Source: Escherichia coli (GTDB lineage Bacteria; Pseudomonadota; Gammaproteobacteria; Enterobacterales; Enterobacteriaceae). Taken from it: DNA of 64,000 nt. The translations under genes were made by a program, and so were the position numbers. The stretch lies in assembly GCF_050920415.1 (NCBI RefSeq), contig NZ_CP169309.1. One strand, given 5' to 3'. Under the pieces are notes generated by a model, which was not told where the DNA came from, made no database searches, and worked only from the letters and a program-made list of their open reading frames with translations. Positions 9,954-20,864 of this stretch are shown here, piece after piece (position 1 is the stretch's first letter; every line of letters starts with the position of its first letter).

Positions 9954-10152
9954 GCCTCGTTTCCCTCATACTGGTTTCTGGTGGAAAAGAAAACAGTGAT
10001 TACTAAATGTGCAATCACAGTTAAGCAATACCGCGAATCATAACTGCCGTCAATGCGCAAAATTCACGCCACTGTCATATTTGTGAGCTACACGGGCATG
10101 TCGGTTGTACAAAAAATGTGAAGAGGAACAACTTTTTCCGCATGTTAGAAAC

Positions 10153-10186
10153 AAAAAAACCGCCTCAGGCTACATACCGGAGACGG
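10153..10186 (-). terminator. probable terminator downstream of pqiC
   Basis: minus-strand hairpin ccgtctc...gaggcgg (one G-U pair) followed by U7. Confidence 0.45.
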
Positions 10187-10208
10187 TCATATTTACAAAT
10201 CTTTATAA

Positions 10209-10772
10209 TTAAGGTAGACGCTTTATCTCTTGCGCAATAGAAGCGGCTTCCTGACTCCAGATACTGGCCAGCACCTTAACCATCTCATCGTAACCATCCT
10301 GAGTTTGCACTCCTTCCAGACGGAACGGACGTTTGATCAGTTGTCCCTGGTGGTTCAACAGCCACTCACCACTGACAATGACCTTGCCATCATAGCGCCC
10401 GTTAAACTCCGTTACGGTAACATTGAGCGTATCCTGGGCGCTTCCCAGAGGCTGGGAGGCAACCACCCAGCCAGGCAGTTGCGTGCTCAGGTTGGCAACC
10501 AGAGTGTTGCGCAACTGTTGATCCAACGGGCTGGCCCACAAGTTGTTGTTGGCAATCACATACTTCACATCACTGGTTTGATAAACCACACCATTCCCCG
10601 CCAAATAGTCAGGAACAGCGACCTGCTCTACCCATAACAGGTGATTACCCTGGCTGGCGGTACTTTGTGTACCGCTCTGCACCACAGGTAGCTGGTAATA
10701 GTTTTTATTGATCTCGCCGGAGCTGCATCCGGCCAGCCACAGTGCCGCAATCGTTACTAGCCACTTTTTCAT
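10209..10772 (-). CDS. pqiC: lipoprotein PqiC (YmbA) of the Pqi intermembrane transport system
   Basis: 187 aa with lipobox LAGC; 4-bp overlap with pqiB. Confidence 0.9.
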   Translation of the reverse strand: MKKWLVTIAALWLAGCSSGEINKNYYQLPVVQSGTQSTASQGNHLLWVEQVAVPDYLAGNGVVYQTSDVKYVIANNNLWASPLDQQLRNTLVANLSTQLPGWVVASQPLGSAQDTLNVTVTEFNGRYDGKVIVSGEWLLNHQGQLIKRPFRLEGVQTQDGYDEMVKVLASIWSQEAASIAQEIKRLP

Positions 10773-12409
10773 TGTTTCGCCCTCTTCGGCTCTGGATCTT
10801 TTTTGTCCTTCGCTTCAAATACCAGCGCGTTACTCTTCTCGTTGAGCGTTTTCAGCACCGGCTGCAGTTCACGCAACACCTGATCAAGGCGCTGCATATC
10901 CGCCACCATCTTGTTGTAGGCTGCGGAGCCAGGCTGGAAGCCCTGCATACTGCGATTCAACTCACGTAATGTAGACTGCATATCGGTCGGCAACTGCTGC
11001 ATCGACTGGCTGGCGAGGATCTTGTTCATGCTATCCAGCGTCGTTTGCAGGTTTTTCATGGTGCGCTGACTTTCAGAAAGCGTACTGGTCGCCTGCTCAA
11101 TCATCGGATTCAATGGCAGTTTGTTGATCTTATCCAACGCTTCCATCAGACGCTGCTGGATTTGCGCCAGGCCACCGCTAACGGTCGGGATAATCTGATA
11201 ACCATTAAACTCACGAATACCGGTAATAGCAGGGCTATTTGGATAGAAATCGAGATCAACATACAGTGCGCCAGTGACCAGATTTCCGGTCTTCAGCGAT
11301 CCGCGTAAACCACGTTTCAACAATTCGCCAAGGTGCTCAACAACATCCGCATTTTCACCAAGCTGCATTTTCAGCCGCTCTGGTTCGATACGAATCAGTA
11401 CCGGAATACGGTAATCATCGTTAAATGTCTGACGCATATTCGGCGCAAAGAATGGCACTTTGCTTACGGTACCCAGGCGAATACCCCGGAATTCTACCGG
11501 AGCTCCCGGTTGCAGACCGCGTACCGAATCTTTAAAGAACATCAGATAATCAATGTGATCGGTGTACAACGAATCCTGAATGCTCTTCTGATCATCATAC
11601 AAAACGAAAGCTGTTTTCGGTGCCACTGGCTGCCCTAAATCCAGACCTTCCGGCACATCAAAGCTGACACCGCCACTAAGCAGCGTTGTCAATGAGCCCA
11701 TCTCCACACGCATTCCCGCTGACGTCAAATCAACCGCAATGCCACTATCTTTCCAGAAGCGAACATTGCTGGTCACCAGTCGGTCATAAGGTGCATTGAT
11801 GAACAGTTGATAGCTGATATTGCGTTTTTGCGTATCGAAGGTGCTGGTTTCAACCGAACCTACCCGATAGCCACGGAACAGCACGGGATCTCCTGGCGAG
11901 AGCTGCCCGGCTTTTTTGCTATCGAGAATCACACGGATACCTTTCGCATCAGGCGGGGCCAACGGTGGCGAGTCCAGCAAATCGTATTTATCCATTTTGC
12001 TGCCTTTCGCGCCTGGCTGCAGTTCGATATAAACCCCAGACAGCAGCGTTCCCAGGCCGCTAATCCCTTCTCGACCAATCTGCGGTTTCACCACCCAAAA
12101 GACGGTATCTTTATGCAGCAATTTTTCCATACCGGAATTCAGCCGCGCTTTGATTTCAACGTGCGTCAAATCATCAGCCAGTGTGGCGCTTTCAACCACG
12201 CCGACGTCAACGCTACGGCTTTTAATGGTGGTTTTACCACCTTCTATTCCTTCCGCATTCGCGGTGATCAGGGTCACTTCCGGCCCCTGATGGCTGTAAT
12301 GATAAAAAAGAACCCAGGCCCCAATGAGCGCCGTGACGATAGGAAATATCCACACGGGAGACCAGTTCTTCACTTTCTGGATTTTGGCTTCCCCATTATT
12401 AGATTCCAT
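10769..12409 (-). CDS. pqiB: MCE-domain protein PqiB
   Basis: 546 aa from MESNNGEAKIQKV...; ORF-track start at 12469 is an upstream extension overlapping pqiA. Confidence 0.9.
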   Translation of the reverse strand: MESNNGEAKIQKVKNWSPVWIFPIVTALIGAWVLFYHYSHQGPEVTLITANAEGIEGGKTTIKSRSVDVGVVESATLADDLTHVEIKARLNSGMEKLLHKDTVFWVVKPQIGREGISGLGTLLSGVYIELQPGAKGSKMDKYDLLDSPPLAPPDAKGIRVILDSKKAGQLSPGDPVLFRGYRVGSVETSTFDTQKRNISYQLFINAPYDRLVTSNVRFWKDSGIAVDLTSAGMRVEMGSLTTLLSGGVSFDVPEGLDLGQPVAPKTAFVLYDDQKSIQDSLYTDHIDYLMFFKDSVRGLQPGAPVEFRGIRLGTVSKVPFFAPNMRQTFNDDYRIPVLIRIEPERLKMQLGENADVVEHLGELLKRGLRGSLKTGNLVTGALYVDLDFYPNSPAITGIREFNGYQIIPTVSGGLAQIQQRLMEALDKINKLPLNPMIEQATSTLSESQRTMKNLQTTLDSMNKILASQSMQQLPTDMQSTLRELNRSMQGFQPGSAAYNKMVADMQRLDQVLRELQPVLKTLNEKSNALVFEAKDKKDPEPKRAKQ

Positions 12410-12413
12410 ACTG

Positions 12414-13667
12414 TCAGGACTCCTCATGCTCTGATTCAGGTTGACGATCCCACGACAAACGCGGGTCAAACGTCATCGCAGAAAACATTGTCATTATGAC
12501 GACTAAAGCAAACATTAATGCACCCATTGCTGGATAAATACTCATTAAACCTCCCATACGCACCAGCGCCGAGAGCACCGCGATGACGAAAACGTCAATC
12601 ATTGACCAGCGGCCTACAAACTCTACAACTTCGTAAATCAAATGCATTCTTTCACTGTCGCGCTTGCCATGCCCTTTGGCATCCCAGCACAGCCAGCCAA
12701 TCGCAATCATCTTTAACGTTGGCACCATAATACTGGCCAGGAAGATAACCGCAGCGACGGGATAAGAGCCTTCACTCCATAATAAGATGACACCAGCAAG
12801 AATCGTCGACGGCATTTTCGAGCCTAATAAATCCGTCACCATGATGGGCAAAATATTCGCCGGGAGATACAGCATGATGGACGTAACAAGCAGTGCGAGT
12901 GTCCATTGCAGGCTGTTTCTACGTCGAACGTATCCTTTCGTGCCACAGCGTGGGCACACTGGATCACCAGCTGGAAGAATTGCCGTGCAACAGGAGCACG
13001 AACGCAGCCCCTGACGTATCCCCGTGACGCCCGGTTTTAGCGGCTGACGCAATTCTGGCATTGGGGCGATATCGTCCCATAACCAGCGACGATCAACGCA
13101 CTGAAAGGCGCGCAGTTGCAGGACACAAAATAAACACCATGGGAGAAAGCTGCTGCCTACACCAATGCTGCCGTAGGCCATCAGTTTAACGAAACTCACC
13201 AGCACACCGGCGAGGAAAATCTCCGCCATTCCCCATGTTTTGAGTTGAAAAAGCACCCGTGCCAGTTGCTCTTTTAAACGGACCGGTAATTGTGCGCGAT
13301 TAACCAGTAACAGAATAGTTATCAGGCAAAAAGCGGGAACCAGTTGCACAAACAACAGGAAAAAGGTGCCGAGGCTGGCGTAGTCCTCAGAAAAAAGCAC
13401 GCTGGGAATTTCCAGTAATGTAATTTCACTGGTGACTCCTGCAACGTTCATTTTCACAAAAGGAAACAAGTTGGACAGCAACAGCATGAACAGTGCAGCC
13501 AACGCATAGGCGGTGGGACGCTGCCGAGGGGCATCCCACGCCACGGTTAACGTTGTGCCACACCGGGGACATGCCGCTTTCTGACCATGCTCAAGGCGCG
13601 GTAACGCCACCAGCATGTCACACTGCGAGCACAGGATGTGCTTCGCGGCATGATGATGTTCGCACAT
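12414..13667 (-). CDS. pqiA: paraquat-inducible inner membrane protein PqiA
   Basis: 417 aa with paired CxxC zinc-ribbon-like motifs and hydrophobic segments. Confidence 0.9.
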   Translation of the reverse strand: MCEHHHAAKHILCSQCDMLVALPRLEHGQKAACPRCGTTLTVAWDAPRQRPTAYALAALFMLLLSNLFPFVKMNVAGVTSEITLLEIPSVLFSEDYASLGTFFLLFVQLVPAFCLITILLLVNRAQLPVRLKEQLARVLFQLKTWGMAEIFLAGVLVSFVKLMAYGSIGVGSSFLPWCLFCVLQLRAFQCVDRRWLWDDIAPMPELRQPLKPGVTGIRQGLRSCSCCTAILPAGDPVCPRCGTKGYVRRRNSLQWTLALLVTSIMLYLPANILPIMVTDLLGSKMPSTILAGVILLWSEGSYPVAAVIFLASIMVPTLKMIAIGWLCWDAKGHGKRDSERMHLIYEVVEFVGRWSMIDVFVIAVLSALVRMGGLMSIYPAMGALMFALVVIMTMFSAMTFDPRLSWDRQPESEHEES

Positions 13668-13796
13668 TGGTACTCCTTAATGATGCGCTATTATACAGAT
13701 TGCTAACAAAGCGCTGGTTTTCGTGCCAGATAAACGTTACACATCTGGCAATTTTACCGTTGTCAGCAGCCTCTGTTTAAATCGACTATTTTGCGA

Positions 13797-15704
13797 TCAG
13801 CCACCATTTTTTAACGCTTCAAGATACTCCCAGCGTTCAAAGGCTTGCTCCAGCTCCTGCTCCGCAGCAGCCATATCAGCGAGCACTTTTTGCGTCTGCT
13901 CATGCGGCTGACTAAAGAAGGCAGCATCCGCCACCTGCGTCTGTAGGGCTTCCAGCTTCGCCTCCAGCTCTTCGAGCAATTGCGGCAGTTGCTCCAATTC
14001 GCGCTGCAATTTATAGCTTAGTTTGCTACTGCTGCGTTTTACAGTTTCTGCTTTTGGCGCGGCGGCTTCTTCGGTTTTTTTCACCGCAGGCTGTTTAAGC
14101 GCCACATACTGTTCTTGCTGACCACGGGCATCATGATAACCGCCGACATAACGACCAATTTTACCGCCGCCTTCGAAGATCCAGCATTCTGTAACCGTGT
14201 TATCGACAAACTGACGATCGTGGCTCACCAGCAATACCGTGCCCTGGTAGCTGTCGATCAGTTCTTCCAGCAATTCCAGCGTTTCGACATCAAGGTCGTT
14301 GGTCGGTTCGTCAAGAATCAATAAGTTGCTTGGTTTGAGGAACAAACGCGCCAACAACAAGCGGTTACGCTCACCGCCAGATAGCGCACGTACCGGCGTC
14401 ATCGCCCGTTTCGGATGGAACAGGAAGTCCTGCAAATAACCCAGTACATGGCGTGGTTTGCCATTTACCATCACCTCTTGTTTGCCTTCGGCCAGGTTAT
14501 CCATCACCGTTTTATCGGGATCCAGTTCCGCGCGGTGCTGATCGAAATAAGCCACTTCCAGTTTGGTACCGACGTGAATACGTCCGCTATCTGGTTGAAG
14601 TTGATCTAGCATCAGTTTCAGCAGCGTGGTTTTGCCGCAGCCGTTCGGACCAATCAAGGCAATTTTGTCGCCACGTTGAACCTGGGCAGAAAAATCTTTC
14701 ACCAGTTGCTTACCGTCAACCTGGTAGCAAACGTCTTCCATTTCGAAAACGATCTTACCGGAGCGGCTGGCCTCTTCCACCTGCATCTTCGCCGTCCCCA
14801 TGACCTCACGGCGCTGGCTACGTTCACGGCGCATTGCTTTCAGGGCGCGTACGCGGCCTTCATTACGGGTACGGCGCGCTTTGATCCCCTGGCGGATCCA
14901 CACCTCTTCCTGCGCCAGTTTGCGATCGAACTCGGCATTTTGTAGTTCTTCCACGCGCAGGGCTTCTTCTTTTTCCAGCAGGTACTGGTCGTAATTGCCA
15001 GGATAGGTCACCAGCTTGCCGCGATCGAGATCGACAATGCGCGTCGCCATATTGCGGATAAACGAACGGTCGTGGGAGATGAAAATAATCGTCCCATTGA
15101 AGGTTTTGAGGAACCCTTCCAGCCAGTCGATGGTTTCGATATCCAGGTGGTTGGTGGGTTCATCAAGCAACAGCACGCGCGGATTACTCACCAGCGCACG
15201 TCCCAACGCCGCTTTACGCAGCCAGCCGCCGGAAAGCGATGACAGCGCAACGTTAGGATCTAACCCCAGCTGTGCCAGCACTTCGTTAATGCGGTTTTCC
15301 AGCTGCCACAGGTTGTGGTGATCCAACTGTTCCTGAACCTTCGCCAGTTCGTTGAGATTTTTCTCGCTCGGGTCGTTCATCACCAGGCGCGAAATATCGT
15401 GATAGCGTTTCAGGTATTCCGCTTGTTCTTCAATGCCTTCGGCAACGAAATCATAAACGCTACCCTCAACGTTACGCGGCGGATCCTGTTGCAGACGAGC
15501 GACAATCAAATCTTGCTCGTAAATAATGCGACCGTCATCCAGCCCTTGTTCACGGTTGAGGATTTTCATTAACGTCGATTTGCCTGCGCCGTTACGGCCT
15601 ACCAGACAAACACGTTCGTTATCTTCGATATGCAGTTCTGCGTTATCGAGAAGCGGCGCGTCGCTGAACGACAGCCATGCGCCATGCATACTGATTAATG
15701 ACAT
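13797..15704 (-). CDS. uup: ABC-F family ATPase Uup
   Basis: 635 aa with two Walker A motifs (GRNGAGKST, GPNGCGKTT) and two LSGG signatures, no transmembrane segments. Confidence 0.95.
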   Translation of the reverse strand: MSLISMHGAWLSFSDAPLLDNAELHIEDNERVCLVGRNGAGKSTLMKILNREQGLDDGRIIYEQDLIVARLQQDPPRNVEGSVYDFVAEGIEEQAEYLKRYHDISRLVMNDPSEKNLNELAKVQEQLDHHNLWQLENRINEVLAQLGLDPNVALSSLSGGWLRKAALGRALVSNPRVLLLDEPTNHLDIETIDWLEGFLKTFNGTIIFISHDRSFIRNMATRIVDLDRGKLVTYPGNYDQYLLEKEEALRVEELQNAEFDRKLAQEEVWIRQGIKARRTRNEGRVRALKAMRRERSQRREVMGTAKMQVEEASRSGKIVFEMEDVCYQVDGKQLVKDFSAQVQRGDKIALIGPNGCGKTTLLKLMLDQLQPDSGRIHVGTKLEVAYFDQHRAELDPDKTVMDNLAEGKQEVMVNGKPRHVLGYLQDFLFHPKRAMTPVRALSGGERNRLLLARLFLKPSNLLILDEPTNDLDVETLELLEELIDSYQGTVLLVSHDRQFVDNTVTECWIFEGGGKIGRYVGGYHDARGQQEQYVALKQPAVKKTEEAAAPKAETVKRSSSKLSYKLQRELEQLPQLLEELEAKLEALQTQVADAAFFSQPHEQTQKVLADMAAAEQELEQAFERWEYLEALKNGG

Positions 15705-15715
15705 TACTATTCCTT

Positions 15716-17824
15716 TCAGGCTGCGGTAATCAGCCAGCAGTTGTGGATCTGGCGGTTACGGGCGAAATCCTGGGAGAGCGTTTTTTGCGTAATTTCTTGT
15801 GCTTTCAGCCCCAGTTTTGCCAGTCCGTCAAGATCCATTCGGAAGCCACGTTTGTTGTTCGAGAACATGATCGTCCCACCAGCACGCAGCAGACGTTTCA
15901 AATCTTTCATCAGCGCCAGATGATCGCGCTGAACATCAAACGCATCTTCCATTCGTTTTGAGTTAGAGAAGGTTGGCGGATCGATAAAGATCAGATCGAA
16001 CTGTTCATTTGCCTCACGCAGCCACGCCAGGCAATCGGCCTGAATCAGGCGATGCGCACGCCCGGTTAGGCCATTCAGACGCAGGTTGCGTTCTGCCCAC
16101 TCCAGATAAGTACGCGACATATCCACGGTGGTAGTGCTGCGTGCACCGCCTAATCCCGCGTGCACGGTGGCGCTCCCGGTATAAGAGAACAGGTTGAGGA
16201 AATCTTTGCCTTTGCTCATCTGACCGAGCATACGACGGGCGATACGGTGATCGAGGAACAGACCGGTATCGAGGTAATCCGTCAGGTTCACCCACAAGTG
16301 AGCGTTATATTCGGTGACTTCGAGAAACTCGCCCTTCTCGCCCAGTTTCTGGTACTGATTTTTGCCCTTCTGGCGTTCACGGGTTTTCAGCACCAGTTTG
16401 TTTGGCGCAATCCCCAGTACAGAAATGGTTGCAGCGATAATATCGAACAGACGCTGACGCGCTTTGTGCGCATCAATCGTTTTTGGCGGTGCATACTCCT
16501 GCACCACCACCCAGTCGGCATAACGGTCAACGGCAACGTTATACTCCGGCAGATCGGCATCATACAGGCGATAACATTCAATCCCTTCCTGACGTGCCCA
16601 CTTCTCGAATTTTTTGAGGTTCTTACGCAGGCGGTTGGCGTAGTCTTCCGCTACCATTGCCGGTTTGCTGTCTGGTGTGCTTTCGGCAACGTGATAATTT
16701 TTCTGTACGCAGTCCAGCGGGCCGTTTTTCGCCTTGTACTGTTTGTCTGCACGCAGCTGCAGGCAGCTTAGCAGATCCGGCGAGGCACTAAACAAAGAGA
16801 GATTCCAGCCACCGAACTGGTTTTTCATGATTCGGCCCAGCAGGCTATGCAGTGCAATCAGCGCCGGTTCGCTGTCCAGACGTTCACCGTATGGCGGGTT
16901 GCTCAACACTGTACCGTACGGCCCTTTCGGCAGCGGATTGGTCAGTTGCGCAACATCTTTCACCTCAAAGGTAATCAGTTCACCAATCCCCGCAAGACGT
17001 GCGTTAGTGCGCGCACGTTGAATCACCCGGGCGTCGCTGTCCGAACCGTAAAAATGAGAGCTATACTCTGCCAGTCCTTTACGGGCGCGAGCTTGCGCTT
17101 CCGCTTTCACTTCCTGCCAGATAGCTTCATCATGCTGCGCCCAGCCGCTAAAGCCCCAACGCCCACGGTGCAAGCCTGGTGCGCGATCGGTCGCCAGCAT
17201 CGCCGCTTCAATCAGCAACGTACCAGAACCACACATTGGATCGAGCAGCGGTGTTCCCGGCTGCCAGCCGGATCGCATCACAATCGCGGCTGCCAGTGTT
17301 TCTTTGATCGGCGCAATACCAGCACGATCGCGATAGCCACGCAGATGTAAACCATCACCACTGAGATCAAGGGCGATACTGGCAGTTTCTTTATGCAGCC
17401 AGACGTTAACGCGGATATCCGGCGCATCGCGATCAACATTTGGACGCGGCAAATTTTTCCGCGTGAAAGCATCGACGATCGCGTCTTTCACTTTCATCGC
17501 GCCGTACTGGCTGTTGCGAATGGTGTCATTTAAACCACTGAAATGGACAGCGAAGGTCGCGCCAGGATTAAACATCTCTGTCCAGTTGATCGCCTGAACG
17601 CCGAGATAGAGGTCTAAATCACTGTAAACCTTACACTCGCCCAGCGGCAACATAATACGCGAGGCCAGGCGGCTCCACATCAGGCTCTGGTAAACAAGCC
17701 GTGTGTCGCCCTTAAAATGGACCCCACCCTGAACCACCTGGCATTCAACGGCCCCCAGGTTTTCCAGTTCAGTTTTTAACAGCTCTTCCAGCCCACGGGC
17801 CGTACTGGCAAACAGAGAATTCAT
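15716..17824 (-). CDS. rlmL: bifunctional 23S rRNA methyltransferase RlmKL (m2G2445/m7G2069)
   Basis: 702-aa ORF recognised as RlmL (YcbY); stop lies 11 bp upstream of the uup start. Confidence 0.9.
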   Translation of the reverse strand: MNSLFASTARGLEELLKTELENLGAVECQVVQGGVHFKGDTRLVYQSLMWSRLASRIMLPLGECKVYSDLDLYLGVQAINWTEMFNPGATFAVHFSGLNDTIRNSQYGAMKVKDAIVDAFTRKNLPRPNVDRDAPDIRVNVWLHKETASIALDLSGDGLHLRGYRDRAGIAPIKETLAAAIVMRSGWQPGTPLLDPMCGSGTLLIEAAMLATDRAPGLHRGRWGFSGWAQHDEAIWQEVKAEAQARARKGLAEYSSHFYGSDSDARVIQRARTNARLAGIGELITFEVKDVAQLTNPLPKGPYGTVLSNPPYGERLDSEPALIALHSLLGRIMKNQFGGWNLSLFSASPDLLSCLQLRADKQYKAKNGPLDCVQKNYHVAESTPDSKPAMVAEDYANRLRKNLKKFEKWARQEGIECYRLYDADLPEYNVAVDRYADWVVVQEYAPPKTIDAHKARQRLFDIIAATISVLGIAPNKLVLKTRERQKGKNQYQKLGEKGEFLEVTEYNAHLWVNLTDYLDTGLFLDHRIARRMLGQMSKGKDFLNLFSYTGSATVHAGLGGARSTTTVDMSRTYLEWAERNLRLNGLTGRAHRLIQADCLAWLREANEQFDLIFIDPPTFSNSKRMEDAFDVQRDHLALMKDLKRLLRAGGTIMFSNNKRGFRMDLDGLAKLGLKAQEITQKTLSQDFARNRQIHNCWLITAA

Positions 17825-17921
17825 ATCGTCACTTTTACTCTAAGAAAATTGTTGCGCATTATAGCTAATAAGCGCGTCATGTCATAAAGTTGAGGGCTTA
17901 TTTTCATTTGAGGACCGCACC

Positions 17922-19031
17922 GTGGCGACATTAACCCGGCTTTTTATTCATCCTGTTAAATCGATGCGCGGCATTGGTCTTACACATGCTCTGGCAGATG
18001 TCAGTGGTCTGGCCTTCGATCGCATCTTTATGATCACGGAACTTGACGGTACGTTTATTACCGCTCGCCAGTTTCCCCAGATGGTACGGTTTACTCCTTC
18101 ACCTGTGCATGATGGCTTGCATCTCACCGCACCAGATGGCAGTAGCGCATATGTTCGTTTTGCTGATTTCGCCACACAAGACGCACCAACCGAAGTTTGG
18201 GGCACACATTTTACCGCGCGAATTGCGCCAGACTCGATCAACAAATGGTTAAGTGGATTTTTCTCCCGCGAAGTGCAATTGCGCTGGGTGGGGCCACAAA
18301 TGACCCGGCGCGTGAAACGCCACAACACTGTACCTCTGTCATTTGCTGATGGCTATCCTTACCTTCTTGCTAACGAAGCCTCGTTACGTGATCTCCAACA
18401 ACGTTGTCCGGCCAGTGTAAAAATGGAGCAATTCCGCCCCAATCTGGTGGTTTCCGGCGCGTCAGCCTGGGAAGAAGATAGCTGGAAAGTGATTCGTATT
18501 GGTGATGTGGTGTTTGATGTGGTTAAACCTTGTAGCCGCTGTATTTTCACCACCGTCAGTCCAGAAAAAGGGCAAAAACATCCGGCAGGCGAACCATTAA
18601 AAACATTGCAATCTTTCCGTACTGCCCAGGATAACGGCGATGTCGATTTTGGTCAGAATTTAATTGCCCGTAATAGCGGCGTGATTCGCGTTGGCGATGA
18701 GGTGGAAATTCTGGCAACGGCTCCGGCTAAAATTTACGGCGCAGCTGCCGCTGATGATACCGTCAACATCACGCAACAACCGGACGCAAATGTAGATATT
18801 GACTGGCAGGGACTGGCATTTCGTGGAAATAACCAACAGGTGCTGCTGGAGCAATTAGAAAATCAGGGAATTCGTATCCCTTATTCTTGCCGCGCGGGCA
18901 TTTGTGGAAGCTGCCGTGTTCAGCTTTTAGAAGGCGAAGTCACACCGCTCAAAAAATCAGCAATCAGCAATGATGGCACCATTCTTTGCTGTAGTTGTGT
19001 GCCGAAGACTGCGCTTAAACTAGCGCGTTAA
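17922..19031 (+). CDS. ycbX: MOSC-domain 2Fe-2S protein YcbX
   Basis: 369 aa with GTG start; C-terminal CRAGICGSC...C ferredoxin-like cysteine motif. Confidence 0.9.
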   Translation: MATLTRLFIHPVKSMRGIGLTHALADVSGLAFDRIFMITELDGTFITARQFPQMVRFTPSPVHDGLHLTAPDGSSAYVRFADFATQDAPTEVWGTHFTARIAPDSINKWLSGFFSREVQLRWVGPQMTRRVKRHNTVPLSFADGYPYLLANEASLRDLQQRCPASVKMEQFRPNLVVSGASAWEEDSWKVIRIGDVVFDVVKPCSRCIFTTVSPEKGQKHPAGEPLKTLQSFRTAQDNGDVDFGQNLIARNSGVIRVGDEVEILATAPAKIYGAAAADDTVNITQQPDANVDIDWQGLAFRGNNQQVLLEQLENQGIRIPYSCRAGICGSCRVQLLEGEVTPLKKSAISNDGTILCCSCVPKTALKLAR

Positions 19032-19570
19032 ACTGCCTGTTCGAGGCTGAAACTGTCAACATTAACCTGCGGTTTCAGCCTGTCATTCATGATTTTGATG
19101 GCGTCCCCCAACTGCATCGCGCGACCCGCAATAACAACGCAGGGTTGCGCCAACAGGCACAGTGCAGCATTTTCGCCAGATTCAACGACCAGCAAATTGA
19201 CTTGCTCGTGAGTGTCGCTCAACCAAACGCAGGCCGCATCGCCCGGCATGGGCACCCACATTTCACCATGGGAAACAAAATGCCAGCTTTTCGGCATTTG
19301 CGGTTTGAGATAACGAATTGCTACCAGCGCATTAAGCACCAGTTCGGCTTTTTGTTCTTTAGATAAATTAAAATCGCGGCATTTTTCTTCAAATGAGAAA
19401 TAGAGCGCGGCGTCGTCAACGCAAAAGCCTGCGGGAGAAAAGGCATCTGGAGTCAACATTTTGCGCGCAAAACGTGAGCGAAATAGCATACCATTGGCTA
19501 AATCGAGCATCATTCGATCGTGCTCTTCATCGTAATACCAACGCCAGTTATCGTCTGGTTTAATTCGCAT
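19028..19570 (-). CDS. zapC: Z-ring associated protein ZapC
   Basis: 180 aa from [24 protein letters not shown]...; ORF-track start at 19606 is an extension. Confidence 0.9.
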   Translation of the reverse strand: MRIKPDDNWRWYYDEEHDRMMLDLANGMLFRSRFARKMLTPDAFSPAGFCVDDAALYFSFEEKCRDFNLSKEQKAELVLNALVAIRYLKPQMPKSWHFVSHGEMWVPMPGDAACVWLSDTHEQVNLLVVESGENAALCLLAQPCVVIAGRAMQLGDAIKIMNDRLKPQVNVDSFSLEQAV

Positions 19571-19743
19571 TTGCCTCTCCCCTACCCTATAAAACCGCAG
19601 CAACACAATCCATTGTCGCTTCGCTTAATAACCTCAACAATAAAAGTACAAAATGTCTAAATAAGCAACAGCGATGAATATAAAACAACCAGGGCTTAAA
19701 ATAAAGCCCTGATTATCTTATAAAGAGAAATTCAAAGAAATAA

Positions 19744-20754
19744 TTAGATATGGTTAACGATTTCTTTAATCAGCGGCGGTCCTTTAAAAATAAAACCAGA
19801 ATAAATTTGCACCAGTGAGGCCCCCGCAGCAATCTTTTCACGCGCAGCGATAACCGAGTCAATGCCGCCAACACCGATGATCGGTAAGCGACCGTTTAAT
19901 TCCTGAGACAAACGGCGAATAATTTCGGTGCTTTTTAACTGTAGCGGACGACCACTTAAGCCCCCAGTTTGATCGCAATTTTTCATACCCTGTACCAAAG
20001 AACGATCGAGCGTGGTATTGGTTGCAATAACGCCATCAATATTATGGCGAACTAAACTATCGGCAACCTGGATCAATTCTTCTTCAGAAAGATCCGGCGC
20101 GATCTTCACTGCGATCGGCACATATTTATGGTGCATCGCTTGCAAATCATTTTGCTTATTTTTAATCGCGGTTAAGAGATCATCCAGCGCTTCGCCATAT
20201 TGCAGTGTGCGTAGTCCTGGGGTATTCGGCGATGAAATATTGATGGCGATATATCCCGCATAAGCATAGATTTTTTCCATACAAATCAGATAGTCATCTT
20301 TACCCTGCTCCACCGGCGTATCTTTATTTTTGCCGATGTTAATACCCAGGACGCCATCATAATGGGCTTTTTTTACGTTCTCTACGAGGTTATCAACGCC
20401 AAGATTATTAAAGCCCATACGGTTGATCAAACCTTCGGCATCTACCAGACGAAAGAGACGCGGCTTGTCATTACCTGGCTGTGGACGTGGCGTGACGGTA
20501 CCGATCTCGATAGATCCAAACCCCATCGCGCCTAACGCGTCAATGCACTCCCCGTCTTTATCAAGACCGGCTGCCAGACCAAGCGGATTTTTAAACGTCA
20601 GGCCCATGCAGTTAACAGGTTTCGCAGGCACTTTCTGCCGCACCAGTGCTTCAAACGGCGTTCCTGTAATACGGCGTAATTGCTGAAAAGTAAACTCATG
20701 AGCGCGCTCTGGATCGAGCTGGAAAAGGGCTTTACGAACGAAGGGGTAGTACAT
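19744..20754 (-). CDS. pyrD: dihydroorotate dehydrogenase (quinone)
   Basis: 336 aa from [21 protein letters not shown]... Confidence 0.95.
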   Translation of the reverse strand: MYYPFVRKALFQLDPERAHEFTFQQLRRITGTPFEALVRQKVPAKPVNCMGLTFKNPLGLAAGLDKDGECIDALGAMGFGSIEIGTVTPRPQPGNDKPRLFRLVDAEGLINRMGFNNLGVDNLVENVKKAHYDGVLGINIGKNKDTPVEQGKDDYLICMEKIYAYAGYIAINISSPNTPGLRTLQYGEALDDLLTAIKNKQNDLQAMHHKYVPIAVKIAPDLSEEELIQVADSLVRHNIDGVIATNTTLDRSLVQGMKNCDQTGGLSGRPLQLKSTEIIRRLSQELNGRLPIIGVGGIDSVIAAREKIAAGASLVQIYSGFIFKGPPLIKEIVNHI

Positions 20755-20839
20755 GAACTCTCCTGGATTCCCGGTGTGCAAACCGGGGGCGTATTATGTG
20801 CGAGTTCGGACCAAAAGGGAATTGACCTGCGGCAAAAAA

Positions 20840-20855
20840 AACGCAAACGTTTTCA
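20840..20855 (-). promoter_or_regulatory. PurR box upstream of pyrD
   Basis: aacgcaaacgttttca matches the PurR operator core ACGCAAACGTTTTC; lies about 90 bp upstream of the pyrD ATG. Confidence 0.6.
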
Positions 20856-20864
20856 GAACCTGTT

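Noticed and set aside
9772-9969. 65-aa minus-strand ORF from the ORF track
   Set aside because: Wrong frame; the real gene here is the 55-aa rmf (9786-9953) in another frame of the same strand.
11807-12499. 230-aa plus-strand ORF
   Set aside because: Antisense to pqiB and the pqiA 3' end.
16160-16771. 203-aa plus-strand ORF
   Set aside because: Antisense shadow ORF inside rlmL.
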